IMG/VR virus record: IMGVR_UViG_3300025133_009608
Location: 186,001 to 250,000 of that record
Length of the DNA stretch: 64,000 nt
Strand: one strand, 5' to 3'
Shown here: positions 18,739-27,975 of the stretch, in pieces
Numbering within the stretch: position 1 is the stretch's first letter
How the letters are laid out: the number at the start of each line of letters is the position of its first letter
Translations under genes and position numbers: made by a program
Notes under the pieces: generated by a model
Told to the model about the DNA's origin: nothing
Databases searched by the model: none
The model's input: only the letters and a program-made list of their open reading frames with translations

Positions 18739-19152
18739 ATGGCAGTAACAATTCAAACGCTTAGAGATGCAGAACTTGACGCTACAATAAAAATAGTCTG
18801 TGATGGCGATGGAGATGGCGGAACGACGATAAATATATCTGACCTAAGTGGCGCAGAGGATGACGGAACTGACAGGGTCAGCATATCAAGAATGATGCTA
18901 ACGGCAAACGGCTCCGTATCGATAGAGTGGGATGCCGATAGTGGCGTGCTCGCGGCCCAGCTAACCTCGGGGCAGACCGATTGGACAATGACCCTGCCGA
19001 ATAATGCTGGGGCGGGAGTTACCGGAGATCTTATTGTTACCTCTGGAGATGCAATCACTCACTTTACGATGATCTTGTTCCTAAAGAAGGTTGCCGGGTT
19101 CGAGGGGTCTGCGCTATCATACAGAAAAGTTATGCCACCACGTCGGGCATAG
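18739..19152 (+). CDS. Hypothetical, probably virion structural protein
   Basis: GGAG RBS; G/T/D-rich beta-type composition. Confidence 0.6.
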   Translation: MAVTIQTLRDAELDATIKIVCDGDGDGGTTINISDLSGAEDDGTDRVSISRMMLTANGSVSIEWDADSGVLAAQLTSGQTDWTMTLPNNAGAGVTGDLIVTSGDAITHFTMILFLKKVAGFEGSALSYRKVMPPRRA

Positions 19153-19168
19153 TGCTTGCCTTCGCGCG

Positions 19169-20404
19169 CTATACGGTCTCTGATCCTCCGCCACCTCTGG
19201 GGCCTTGCAGGAACGCAAGGCCGTCTTGGCTTACAGAGTTGATCTTTACGTGAACGTGTGGGTCGGGGCGCCGAGTTTCGTCCCCAATGCGTGCGTCGAC
19301 AAGCCCGCGCGAAACCGCCTCTCTTGCAACCTCAAGTGCTCCTGGGGTATTTCTAAGATCAAATGCAATACCGAGGGCGTGATTTGATATTGGATTGCTC
19401 TCTAAGTATATCGCAGCACAACTTACTGCTTCAGATCTGTCTTTTCCTTCGAAGCAATCCGCTATAGCGGCAGCGCCGACGTCATCCCTATAGAGGTCAA
19501 TGAGATAGGCCCGTCCTGCGCCATTCTCATCTCCTCCGTTATTTATATAATTGTGATACATTACGCCCGCCTGGTGGGCCGATCCCCGAAAGGCGGATGT
19601 CATAACCAGCGCTGGCATGCCCATTGTTCTTGCGAGGTTTGCCATTATATCCGCCGCATTTTTTGCATCCTCACTCAGTCCGCTATAGTTGATTCCGGCT
19701 TTTTGCTCAATTGGCTCGATTACCGCTGAGCTTTCCGTCTTCAGTATGGCACCCTCCAGGTGGCTCAATAGGTAGTCGCGCCTCGTCATATTTAGCCTGC
19801 GAACGTTCCCGTAATACCCGCGCCGTCCGAGAGCATCAACCAGCCCTCTCGCAAGGCTGAGGTCTTCGTGGGCGGCTCCTCTTTCTCTCCCGAACAATGT
19901 CCCATCATCAAGTCTCTGAATTAGTTCCATGACCTCTCTTCGGACCCCTGGCCACGGCCTCTGTGTCCCGTCACTTTCCCATAGAACTTGCTCAGCAGCT
20001 GTTATCGCTGGAGCTGCAACGGCACCCACTGGGGATGTCTCCTGCGGGACATCCGACGTGACAGTGGGTGCCGTTGCGCTGCCTCTTGGGGTCTCTTGGG
20101 ATTGCTCCCCCACCGGGTATAGAGCCCACTTGTCTTCGAGGCCTTTTAATATTCTATATACGGAAGTTCGAGGCCCAAATATCTTCCCGATGCCATTCCC
20201 CTCTTTGGTTTGCAAGACTTCGAATTCATCTCTGGAGTAGTGATACCTAAAGGCATAAGGCTTATACCTGGTGCCGTCTTCCGATGGCTCCCAGAAGTCA
20301 ATATAAGTGACGCTCGCCAGGCGGATGACAAGGCCCGACTCTTCAACGGCCCCTGCGGCCTCTAGGTATTCTGCCAAAGCATTTATTTTTTCTTTATAAT
20401 TCAT
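19169..20404 (-). CDS. Tagged modular protein with C-terminal M15-like Zn peptidase domain
   Basis: TSAFR...Q, SNHALGIAFDL, PHVHV (H-x6-D...HxH); N-half paralogous to 10626..11864. Confidence 0.7.
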   Translation of the reverse strand: MNYKEKINALAEYLEAAGAVEESGLVIRLASVTYIDFWEPSEDGTRYKPYAFRYHYSRDEFEVLQTKEGNGIGKIFGPRTSVYRILKGLEDKWALYPVGEQSQETPRGSATAPTVTSDVPQETSPVGAVAAPAITAAEQVLWESDGTQRPWPGVRREVMELIQRLDDGTLFGRERGAAHEDLSLARGLVDALGRRGYYGNVRRLNMTRRDYLLSHLEGAILKTESSAVIEPIEQKAGINYSGLSEDAKNAADIMANLARTMGMPALVMTSAFRGSAHQAGVMYHNYINNGGDENGAGRAYLIDLYRDDVGAAAIADCFEGKDRSEAVSCAAIYLESNPISNHALGIAFDLRNTPGALEVAREAVSRGLVDARIGDETRRPDPHVHVKINSVSQDGLAFLQGPRGGGGSETV

Positions 20405-20524
20405 AATTAAAAATACAACTCCATCATAGCCCGATACTATCTTTCTATATTTAGAAAATTAGCAGAAACACCCTGTGAGTAGATATTACGATTCCAAAGA
20501 TAATCATCTAGTAATTATTAAAAA

Positions 20525-20716
20525 TTAATCTCCACCATAAACGGCATAGAGATCTTCTTCATCTTCCTGTATTTTAATGGATTTTTTAAGATGTTTTATT
20601 TTTTCTTTTAGGCTAGAATTTTCTGCCTCTAGATCTAAAATATATTTCTTTAAACTATATATGGTGTCTTTATCGCTTTCCAATCTAGTTAGCATGCCGC
20701 CTCCTATCATATCCAT
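20525..20716 (-). CDS. Small coiled-coil protein
   Basis: Short ORF coupled to the upstream gene; GGAGG RBS. Confidence 0.5.
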   Translation of the reverse strand: MDMIGGGMLTRLESDKDTIYSLKKYILDLEAENSSLKEKIKHLKKSIKIQEDEEDLYAVYGGD

Positions 20717-21282
20717 ATAACATTAGCAAATTGCCATAATGTGTCAAAGAAGTTTTCAATTATTTCAATATCTTCGCTGATATTGGTCGAACCCTTCGGG
20801 GCCAGAATAATCTTATCATTTCCTATTGGCGGCGATTTTTGCTTCCCCTCAATTTTTGTTTTTTCTTTCCATATTTTTTCATCTGGATTTACGGGAACAT
20901 ATCCTATCGGCACAAGATCATGGCCAAAGCCAACTTCATCGATACCCTCTTTTGAGGCCGATGGTATAATTATTATATCCCACCCCATATCATCGGCGGG
21001 ATTATTCATCGTAACAACCTCTCCGTAATGAAAGGGGACTTCTAAATAAAAATCTTTTCCGAACCTCTTTTTTGTTCCAATCGGATTGTCCAGATATAAG
21101 GCCTGCCCGGGATTTTCGTTCAAATGAGTAATGGCGTTATCAATACCATCAATATCTATCTCCTCAACTGGGACGTTGATATTCGAAAATTTTATAAGGC
21201 AGGCTATTTTTTTTTGAGATGGCCGATTGTTTTTATCAAGCTCCCGGTATAATTTTAGCAAGATATTTTTTGGCATGATCAT
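20707..21282 (-). CDS. Inorganic-pyrophosphatase-like protein (divergent)
   Basis: VPFHYG...PADDMGWDIII...NDKIILA...IENFF resembles family I PPase YPxNYG/DGDPxD/DxKIIA; start overlaps the upstream stop (ATGA). Confidence 0.5.
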   Translation of the reverse strand: MIMPKNILLKLYRELDKNNRPSQKKIACLIKFSNINVPVEEIDIDGIDNAITHLNENPGQALYLDNPIGTKKRFGKDFYLEVPFHYGEVVTMNNPADDMGWDIIIIPSASKEGIDEVGFGHDLVPIGYVPVNPDEKIWKEKTKIEGKQKSPPIGNDKIILAPKGSTNISEDIEIIENFFDTLWQFANVIWI

Positions 21283-21524
21283 TCCTTGTGGATTCTTAGC
21301 CAACAGCTTAGGACTCTTTCTATTTCTTTTTTTACTTCGCATTTACCTTCGGAGCTGCAGTCAAATAATAGGTGTCTTATTTCTCTCTTTAATCGAAGAG
21401 CTTCGCGTCCCTTCTTTCTTTTGTCTTTTATTTTTGATATATCTTCCCATAAGATTTCGATCTTATCTAGTAATTGTGCAAGATCACGCCTTGTTTTTAT
21501 TTCTGTTCTAATAAAAAATTGCAT
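21279..21524 (-). CDS. Hypothetical basic protein
   Basis: ORF coupled to the downstream gene. Confidence 0.5.
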   Translation of the reverse strand: MQFFIRTEIKTRRDLAQLLDKIEILWEDISKIKDKRKKGREALRLKREIRHLLFDCSSEGKCEVKKEIERVLSCWLRIHKE

Positions 21525-21608
21525 AAGATTAACCCATCATTATCATAATGATATAATAGTAAAACATCAACCAGGATGGTGCTCAAGAGTATTATCTGAC
21601 TAATATTT

Positions 21609-22121
21609 TTGTATATTTATGAAAATATAACATGGAATGTTAAATTAATGCTAGAAGAAAAAACAATCAGAGGAATGAACGGAGAGGAATTTTCATATGA
21701 TGAATTCCTAAAAATAGTAAAAGACCTCGATGAAAATGGCTATTCGACTTATGTTGGAACCGATTCTCAAAAGTTTAAAGACAAAGTGTCAATGGTTAGT
21801 TGTGTCTGCCTGTACAGGCAAAGCGTTGGCTCTAAGATATTTTATATTAAAGAAAATATGAAAAAAGAAATAATTCCAACCTTGCGCTCAAGAATATTAT
21901 ATGAAGCTTATCGCAGCATAGAGATTGCGTTAGAGATGGATAGAATAATATATGGAGAACTAATTGTCCACCTGGATGTGGGCGCTGATGCTATAAAAAA
22001 TAAAACCGCCCGGTTTGAAAAAGAACTACAAATACTGGTTAGGTCTCAAGGGTTCGGCTGCGAGATAAAGCCAAATAGCTGGGCGAGTAGCAGCATAGCG
22101 GATAGATTTACAAAGAGCTAA
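21609..22121 (+). CDS. YkuK/DUF458 RNase H-like protein
   Basis: YVGTDSQ, RILYEAYRS, VHLDVG, KPNSWASSSIAD. Confidence 0.85.
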   Translation: MYIYENITWNVKLMLEEKTIRGMNGEEFSYDEFLKIVKDLDENGYSTYVGTDSQKFKDKVSMVSCVCLYRQSVGSKIFYIKENMKKEIIPTLRSRILYEAYRSIEIALEMDRIIYGELIVHLDVGADAIKNKTARFEKELQILVRSQGFGCEIKPNSWASSSIADRFTKS

Positions 22122-22128
22122 GTTGGGA

Positions 22129-23769
22129 TTATTTCTTGCCGATTGCGCACATAACTCTATGTAATGTGTTTTCTCCGGGATCTTCTCTATCTTCCCACAC
22201 GGTGCCTATTGCTGACATATATTCTTGAAATGTTATTTCATCTTTGCTTATGCATCTGCAGAAGTTTTCATTAGCCACCGGGACGATTAAGTCTCCGTTT
22301 TTAGATGGGCCGGCTATGAATACTGGAAGCTGTCCGATGAAGGAAAGTATTTCTCCTATGGCATCTACTCCCGAATCTTTTATCGCCGGCAGCCCATTGC
22401 CGACAACAATTGCCCTGTCAGTTACGATCATCGGCGTGCTGGTGCCTTTGCTTTCTTTATAAAACTTATTGTTATCAACCCAAACGACGCAGCCCTCGGG
22501 TATACCGAGCTTCCATGTTTTTTGATTTGTCTCTGGCCATTCATCTATGTCTCCGACCTCGATGAACTCTCCAAAGTCTGCCGATCCGGACACAAACATA
22601 ACATAGCCCTCTTCTCCGAGCACCTCAGAGTCCTCGCGCTCGTGGCCTGGACTGTGGGCAGAAGCGTCCCCCTCGACATACTTGGCTCGGAACATATTAA
22701 GAACTCTCATGTCATATGTGCCATCGCTGTAGTCGCTCGCGGCTGAGTATCCATAAGATCCCTGGATGGCTCCGCGCGAGTCCCCATCTGCTGTAAATTG
22801 GACCCAATTATTTGTAGGGTTGGGATTTGTTTTTCCAAGATTTATTTGCAATCCATCTGCTTGATCACTGTCGCTATTATTGCGGACATATGCGACATAC
22901 CCAGACTCCTTAACTCCCATCAGGTATACCCCGTCGTCTGAGTTAATCCATACCTCTCCTTCGGTGGAGCTTATCGTTACATCATCATCGGCGGAAAGCC
23001 TGAGGGTATCCCCAGCGTGTACGCTTATATCGTCATCCGCACTTACCAAAATGTCTCGCGGTGCACTTATAGTAATATTTCTATTTGAGTCACCACCAGT
23101 CGAAACATAAGCCTCCCCGGCGGCAGGGTCGCCAAGAATAACATCCGCCCAGGCCCAGAATGCGCTTCCGCCTGTATCACTTGCTCTTAATAACATCCCA
23201 GGCTCCGGGCTTCCATCTTCAATTTTTAAAGATTTGCATTGAACCTGACCTTCGTCGGTTATTCTTGTCTTCCAGACATTACCAGCCCCGGTTTGAAATT
23301 TTGCAATATAGCCGGACTGACCCTCTTTATTTCTAACTACAAGGCCAGTATAATTCCCCGTATCGTCCGGGGTGGATGAATTTTCGACTATGAGCCCCAT
23401 AGAAATAGCTTCGATTCCACCACCAGCATTTACATTTATATCGCTGTCAGCATATAAATGTAATTTGTTTGTAGCCTCAACGGCAATATCTCCAGAAAGA
23501 ACGGATACAGTATTGCTGGGGGCCACTCCGTCTATTCTGGTTCTAAGTCTTAACTTCTTGGATCTAGAGCTAATCCACTCATCGGCCCAAACTATAACAT
23601 TGGTTTCGGCATTTAAATATACATTAGAGTCAAGAGTTTCGTTTTGAAAAACTGCATCTCCGGCCTTAAGAATCAACCGGGAGGTGCTGCCGCTAGCATG
23701 GATTGTTAGCTCTTTTTCGCCTTGAAACACATCTATAGTATGACTGTCCGAATATCTATCTTTTGACAT
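22129..23769 (-). CDS. Tail fibre/spike-like protein with C-terminal intramolecular chaperone-type domain
   Basis: Beta-helix-like repeats; ADFGEF...GQLPV...GDLIVP...IG..WED C-terminus. Confidence 0.6.
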   Translation of the reverse strand: MSKDRYSDSHTIDVFQGEKELTIHASGSTSRLILKAGDAVFQNETLDSNVYLNAETNVIVWADEWISSRSKKLRLRTRIDGVAPSNTVSVLSGDIAVEATNKLHLYADSDINVNAGGGIEAISMGLIVENSSTPDDTGNYTGLVVRNKEGQSGYIAKFQTGAGNVWKTRITDEGQVQCKSLKIEDGSPEPGMLLRASDTGGSAFWAWADVILGDPAAGEAYVSTGGDSNRNITISAPRDILVSADDDISVHAGDTLRLSADDDVTISSTEGEVWINSDDGVYLMGVKESGYVAYVRNNSDSDQADGLQINLGKTNPNPTNNWVQFTADGDSRGAIQGSYGYSAASDYSDGTYDMRVLNMFRAKYVEGDASAHSPGHEREDSEVLGEEGYVMFVSGSADFGEFIEVGDIDEWPETNQKTWKLGIPEGCVVWVDNNKFYKESKGTSTPMIVTDRAIVVGNGLPAIKDSGVDAIGEILSFIGQLPVFIAGPSKNGDLIVPVANENFCRCISKDEITFQEYMSAIGTVWEDREDPGENTLHRVMCAIGKK

Positions 23770-23770
23770 T

Positions 23771-24310
23771 CTATTTCCCCAAAGCAATTGCTGCTTTCTT
23801 CGCCTTCCTCATTTGTTTTTTAACCTTCTTTAGATACATGGTTCGACTTACCCTGCCGGCGTGATCTAACATGGTTTTCCCGTTTAAATGATCGACTTCA
23901 TGTTGGATAATAACGGCGGATAGCCCTTTGAACTCTTCGGTATGAGCCTTTCCGTCCGGACCTTGAAAGGATAATGTAATTGAATAATGCCGAGATATGT
24001 CAATTCTAAATTCCGGCAAAGATAAACATCCCTCTTCCGCCGGGATCATATCATCAGAGGCGGTTATTATTTCTGGGTTAACTATCTTCACGATGGTTCC
24101 ATTATCTCCATCTATAGACATAATGAATAACCGGCGAGGGTCCTCCACCTGCGGCCCAGCAAGTCCCACTCCTCCAAAATAATTCATAACCTGACCCATT
24201 TTATCCATATGGGAGTCTAATTCTATGCCAAACTCGGAATCCTCCACTCTTCTGGCTGTCTTTCTGAGCTCTGCGTTTGGCATGAATAATAAGTTATTGA
24301 GTTCTGGCAT
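23771..24310 (-). CDS. def: Peptide deformylase
   Basis: GVGLAGPQ, EGCLS, QHEVDHLNG. Confidence 0.95.
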   Translation of the reverse strand: MPELNNLLFMPNAELRKTARRVEDSEFGIELDSHMDKMGQVMNYFGGVGLAGPQVEDPRRLFIMSIDGDNGTIVKIVNPEIITASDDMIPAEEGCLSLPEFRIDISRHYSITLSFQGPDGKAHTEEFKGLSAVIIQHEVDHLNGKTMLDHAGRVSRTMYLKKVKKQMRKAKKAAIALGK

Positions 24311-24376
24311 TTTATGTTCCTGGTTTGTTTATACGTATCCATCAATTTGATTGAAAATTAATAGATGATTTTAGTA

Positions 24377-26623
24377 TCATTTTGAAGGCAGCGTCTTTAA
24401 TATGTTTTTGCACTTAGGATATCCACTACATGCAAAAAACTTTCCGTTAGATGATGTTCTTTCTACAACTTCATTCTTTTTACACTTTGGACAAGTAACT
24501 CCTGTTCCCTTCGCGACTGCTTTCTTTTTGCTTTTTTCTATAATATTCCCATCGGCATCTATATTGACAATGGTCTTGCACTTTGGATATTGATTGCAAG
24601 AATTAAATTTCCCATACCTGCCGGTCTTCTCTATCAAGTCTCCATTTTTGCACTTGGGACACTTCATTCCAATAGACTTGGGCGCTTCACGCAGAATCAT
24701 TTCGTCATTTTCGCCAACACTCGCCGTGAACTTGCATACTGGATAGCTCTTACAGCCGAAGAACGGCCCTCGCTTTGACTCTCTTTTTATAACTATATTG
24801 GAGCACTCGGGACACTTATGACCCGTCTCTACTGTCTCTGGTGCGTTTTCCTTCAACCCAAGCTTTGCTGTCCCATCGCATTCGGGCCACGCAGTACACG
24901 CCAAAAACGGTCCAAATTTAGATAACTTCTTCCTCATCTTCTCGGAGCATTTTGGACACTCAACGTCCGATACAAACGTGCTGGGAAGCTCTGCCTCCAT
25001 GGCGGAGTCGACCTGATCGCTTAGGCCGGAATTAAAAAACTCCAAAACGTCTGGCAGCCTTTTGCTTCCATCTGCAATTTTATCTAAATTAGATTCCATG
25101 TCTGATGTAAACTTAGCATCAACGATCGATGGAAAGCTGTCAGTCAAATAGTCAGAGACCATGATTCCGGTTTCTGTTGCTGCCAAAGACTTCTTTTTTC
25201 TTTCCACATACTTTCTATTAAGAAGAGTATCCAGAATAGAAGCATAGGTGCTCGGCCTTCCAACTCCCTCCTTTTCCAGGAGCTTAATCAATGATGCGTC
25301 AGAAAACCTAGACGGAGGTTTGGTAAAATGCTGGGAAGAAGTAAGTTTATTCCAAGATATCTTTTGGCCAACACTTACCTTTGGAAGGATGACATCATCT
25401 TTTATCTCTCCGTACTCCCTTAGGAAGCCATCGAACAGTAGCGTGCTTCCGTTTTTCTTAAAATTGAATATAGTTTTTCCATGCTCATATTCCAGCCTCA
25501 AAGAGACCTGTCCAAATTCGGCGTCTGCCATTTGGGAGGCGGAAAATCTACTCGCAATCAATCGTAATAGCTTCTTCTCGTCCGAGGTTACGGGAGATGA
25601 GGACGGATCATACGTGGGGATTACCGCCTCGTGCGCATCTTGGGAGCCAGATTTTGGGCCATAAGCGATCACGGTCTTCGAGAGATATTTTTTTCCGTGG
25701 CTTTTCTCGAGCCTTGCTCTTAGGTCTAAAATCTTTTGAGGATCCACCCGAATAGAGTCTGAGCGGTGATACGTGATATTACCCTGACTAAAAAGACTTT
25801 GAGCTACATTCATGGTTTTTTTTGCACTCCACCCAAATGCATTGCTTGCAGACTGCTGCATAGTTGAGGTTATAAATGGGGGTGCGGGCTTTCTCGCCCT
25901 CTTCTTCGTTGTAAAATCAGAAACAATCAAATCGTCTTTCTTCTTGTCCATAGCGGAAGTAATCTTATCTGCATCTGCTTGGCTCTTTAATTTCGTCGCT
26001 TTTCCGTTTATTCCATAAAAGTCAGCATCAAAACTTAACTTTGTGGAAACAGAGATCTCCCAATATTCATCTGGAACAAATGATTGAATAATCTTTTCTT
26101 TATCTGCTATAAACTTGAGAGCTACAGACTGAACTCTACCCGCACTGGTTCCACGCAAGCCCTTATTCCACATCACAGGGCTCACACGGAATCCCACCAG
26201 TCTATCCGTCATTCGACGAGCCTGCTGGGCATCATAAAGATCCTCATTAAAAGGAATTGGATTCTTAATCCCGCCCAGCACATCTTTTTTCGTTATTGTT
26301 TTAAAAATTGAACGATAAATCTTCTTTCCGCGCTTCGGCAGGTGGCCCTTGATGTGAAAGGCTATTCCGCTACCTTCCCTGTCTGCATCAGTCGCGATAT
26401 AAATTTCATCGTGCTGCTTCGCCTGCAGCTTGATGTTTTTTACAACATCCTTTTTGTCCTGACTGACAAGATAGTTCGCGGTCCAAGTATCAGTATCAAT
26501 GCCCATATTCTTTTTGGACAAGTCCATAATATGACCAACAGATGCTATGACCGTGTAGCCGGGCCCCAGAATCTTTTTTATTTTTGCGCACTTATTCGGT
26601 GATTCGACAATTACTAACGGCAT
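24377..26623 (-). CDS. topA: DNA topoisomerase I (type IA) with C-terminal zinc ribbons
   Basis: IVESPNK, ATDADREG, SAGRVQS, ITYHRSDS, QDAHEA, GRPSTYA; four C4 ribbons. Confidence 0.95.
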   Translation of the reverse strand: MPLVIVESPNKCAKIKKILGPGYTVIASVGHIMDLSKKNMGIDTDTWTANYLVSQDKKDVVKNIKLQAKQHDEIYIATDADREGSGIAFHIKGHLPKRGKKIYRSIFKTITKKDVLGGIKNPIPFNEDLYDAQQARRMTDRLVGFRVSPVMWNKGLRGTSAGRVQSVALKFIADKEKIIQSFVPDEYWEISVSTKLSFDADFYGINGKATKLKSQADADKITSAMDKKKDDLIVSDFTTKKRARKPAPPFITSTMQQSASNAFGWSAKKTMNVAQSLFSQGNITYHRSDSIRVDPQKILDLRARLEKSHGKKYLSKTVIAYGPKSGSQDAHEAVIPTYDPSSSPVTSDEKKLLRLIASRFSASQMADAEFGQVSLRLEYEHGKTIFNFKKNGSTLLFDGFLREYGEIKDDVILPKVSVGQKISWNKLTSSQHFTKPPSRFSDASLIKLLEKEGVGRPSTYASILDTLLNRKYVERKKKSLAATETGIMVSDYLTDSFPSIVDAKFTSDMESNLDKIADGSKRLPDVLEFFNSGLSDQVDSAMEAELPSTFVSDVECPKCSEKMRKKLSKFGPFLACTAWPECDGTAKLGLKENAPETVETGHKCPECSNIVIKRESKRGPFFGCKSYPVCKFTASVGENDEMILREAPKSIGMKCPKCKNGDLIEKTGRYGKFNSCNQYPKCKTIVNIDADGNIIEKSKKKAVAKGTGVTCPKCKKNEVVERTSSNGKFFACSGYPKCKNILKTLPSK

Positions 26624-26673
26624 TTCGGCCCCCTATTGTTTGGCAGAACGAGTACTAAGTTAATTTTAATTTT

Positions 26674-27213
26674 CTATTTGGCAACAGATTCCGTTTCTGC
26701 CGTATTATCTGTGCTTCCAAATCCCCCATCTCCTCGCTCCGTTTCTTCAATCTTGGTAATTTCAAAGCTGGCAGTAAGGCGCTTCCTCAGGATGGCCTGG
26801 AACATGCAGGGCTTTTTCGCCAAAATTAACTCACCCAAAGCATGCATGCTTTGGGGCCGAGCTCCAAATATCTTCACGACGCCCCCGGGGCACGAAACTC
26901 CCCTGCCGGTAGCGCCAGGCTGGTGATTATTAACTCGAACCGGAATCAGAACCTCTCCAGTATAGGTTTCGTCTATAACTCCTATGGAGTTCGCCATCGA
27001 AAGAGGGGTCTTCGATATGCTACTCCGGGGAACAACCTCAAAGTAATGCCCACGACTCGGCTGAAGGCTAATATCTGTGCCAAAGAATATTACATCGCCA
27101 TCAATTTTGTGCACTCGAGTGAATGTAATATCATATCCTGTATCTGTATTGTGCGCCCTAGTGGGCATCACAGCTCTTTCGCTAAGCAAATCTACCTTGA
27201 CTTTAACTGCCAT
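26674..27213 (-). CDS. dut: dUTPase
   Basis: GYDI, PRSS, GVIDETYTGE, RGDGGFGST. Confidence 0.9.
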   Translation of the reverse strand: MAVKVKVDLLSERAVMPTRAHNTDTGYDITFTRVHKIDGDVIFFGTDISLQPSRGHYFEVVPRSSISKTPLSMANSIGVIDETYTGEVLIPVRVNNHQPGATGRGVSCPGGVVKIFGARPQSMHALGELILAKKPCMFQAILRKRLTASFEITKIEETERGDGGFGSTDNTAETESVAK

Positions 27214-27262
27214 TTTTTCTCCATATATTTTTTAGGTTGGCACTAACAATATACGCAGGAAA

Positions 27263-27562
27263 TTGGATATTGCCATTAAATTAAAATATGATTTTTTAAA
27301 CAAGAAAACAAGTACAATAATTAACACAAATGAGAGAGAGATGATAAACAAAAAAGAAGATAAATGCTATATCGAATTAAATCTAGAATATGTTCTACAT
27401 TCTAGCATAAAAGATAAAGATTTATTGATCGAAGACATTAATATTATTATATCAGAACTTCTCGGGAAAGAAGATGCTATTCATATTTCTGCCAACATAA
27501 ATGTTATATCAGAAGACAAAATGGTATTTCCGGTCTATGGCGGCACTCAGTATGAGAACTAA
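27263..27562 (+). CDS. Hypothetical protein
   Basis: 99-aa ORF filling the gap; AGGA RBS. Confidence 0.45.
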   Translation: MDIAIKLKYDFLNKKTSTIINTNEREMINKKEDKCYIELNLEYVLHSSIKDKDLLIEDINIIISELLGKEDAIHISANINVISEDKMVFPVYGGTQYEN

Positions 27563-27975
27563 CTGGTCGCCCAATCCATATAAGACCAAATCGCCCTAGA
27601 GACGTCTCTGTTCCATTTATCTTTATTTATTGGAATATTTAGTCTTTCTGCCAACTTAAGCCCGCGACTCCAGGCTTCTATTTCCTCTATGACGGTAAAG
27701 ACCTTATAAATCTTTGAGCGCTTAGTGTACTCCCCATATATCTGTCTGCAATTCATTTTGTCGCCATTCTTATGAATAAGAATGTGCCCGCACTCATGGA
27801 GTAAAATGTGGAGCTGCATTTCCTCAGATCGGGAAGAGTTTATTGATACAATCTTAGACTCTACATCAACGGCGTCGCCCCCATCGCGGCCTAATAGTAA
27901 ATAAAATCCACGATCTTCCAGCCAGCAATGTACCTTGAAGATGTCTAGCCCGAAGGTGTCTTGCTCGTGCGACAT
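27559..27975 (-). CDS. HExxH metallopeptidase-like protein
   Basis: LLHECGH...EEIEAW. Confidence 0.6.
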   Translation of the reverse strand: MSHEQDTFGLDIFKVHCWLEDRGFYLLLGRDGGDAVDVESKIVSINSSRSEEMQLHILLHECGHILIHKNGDKMNCRQIYGEYTKRSKIYKVFTVIEEIEAWSRGLKLAERLNIPINKDKWNRDVSRAIWSYMDWATS

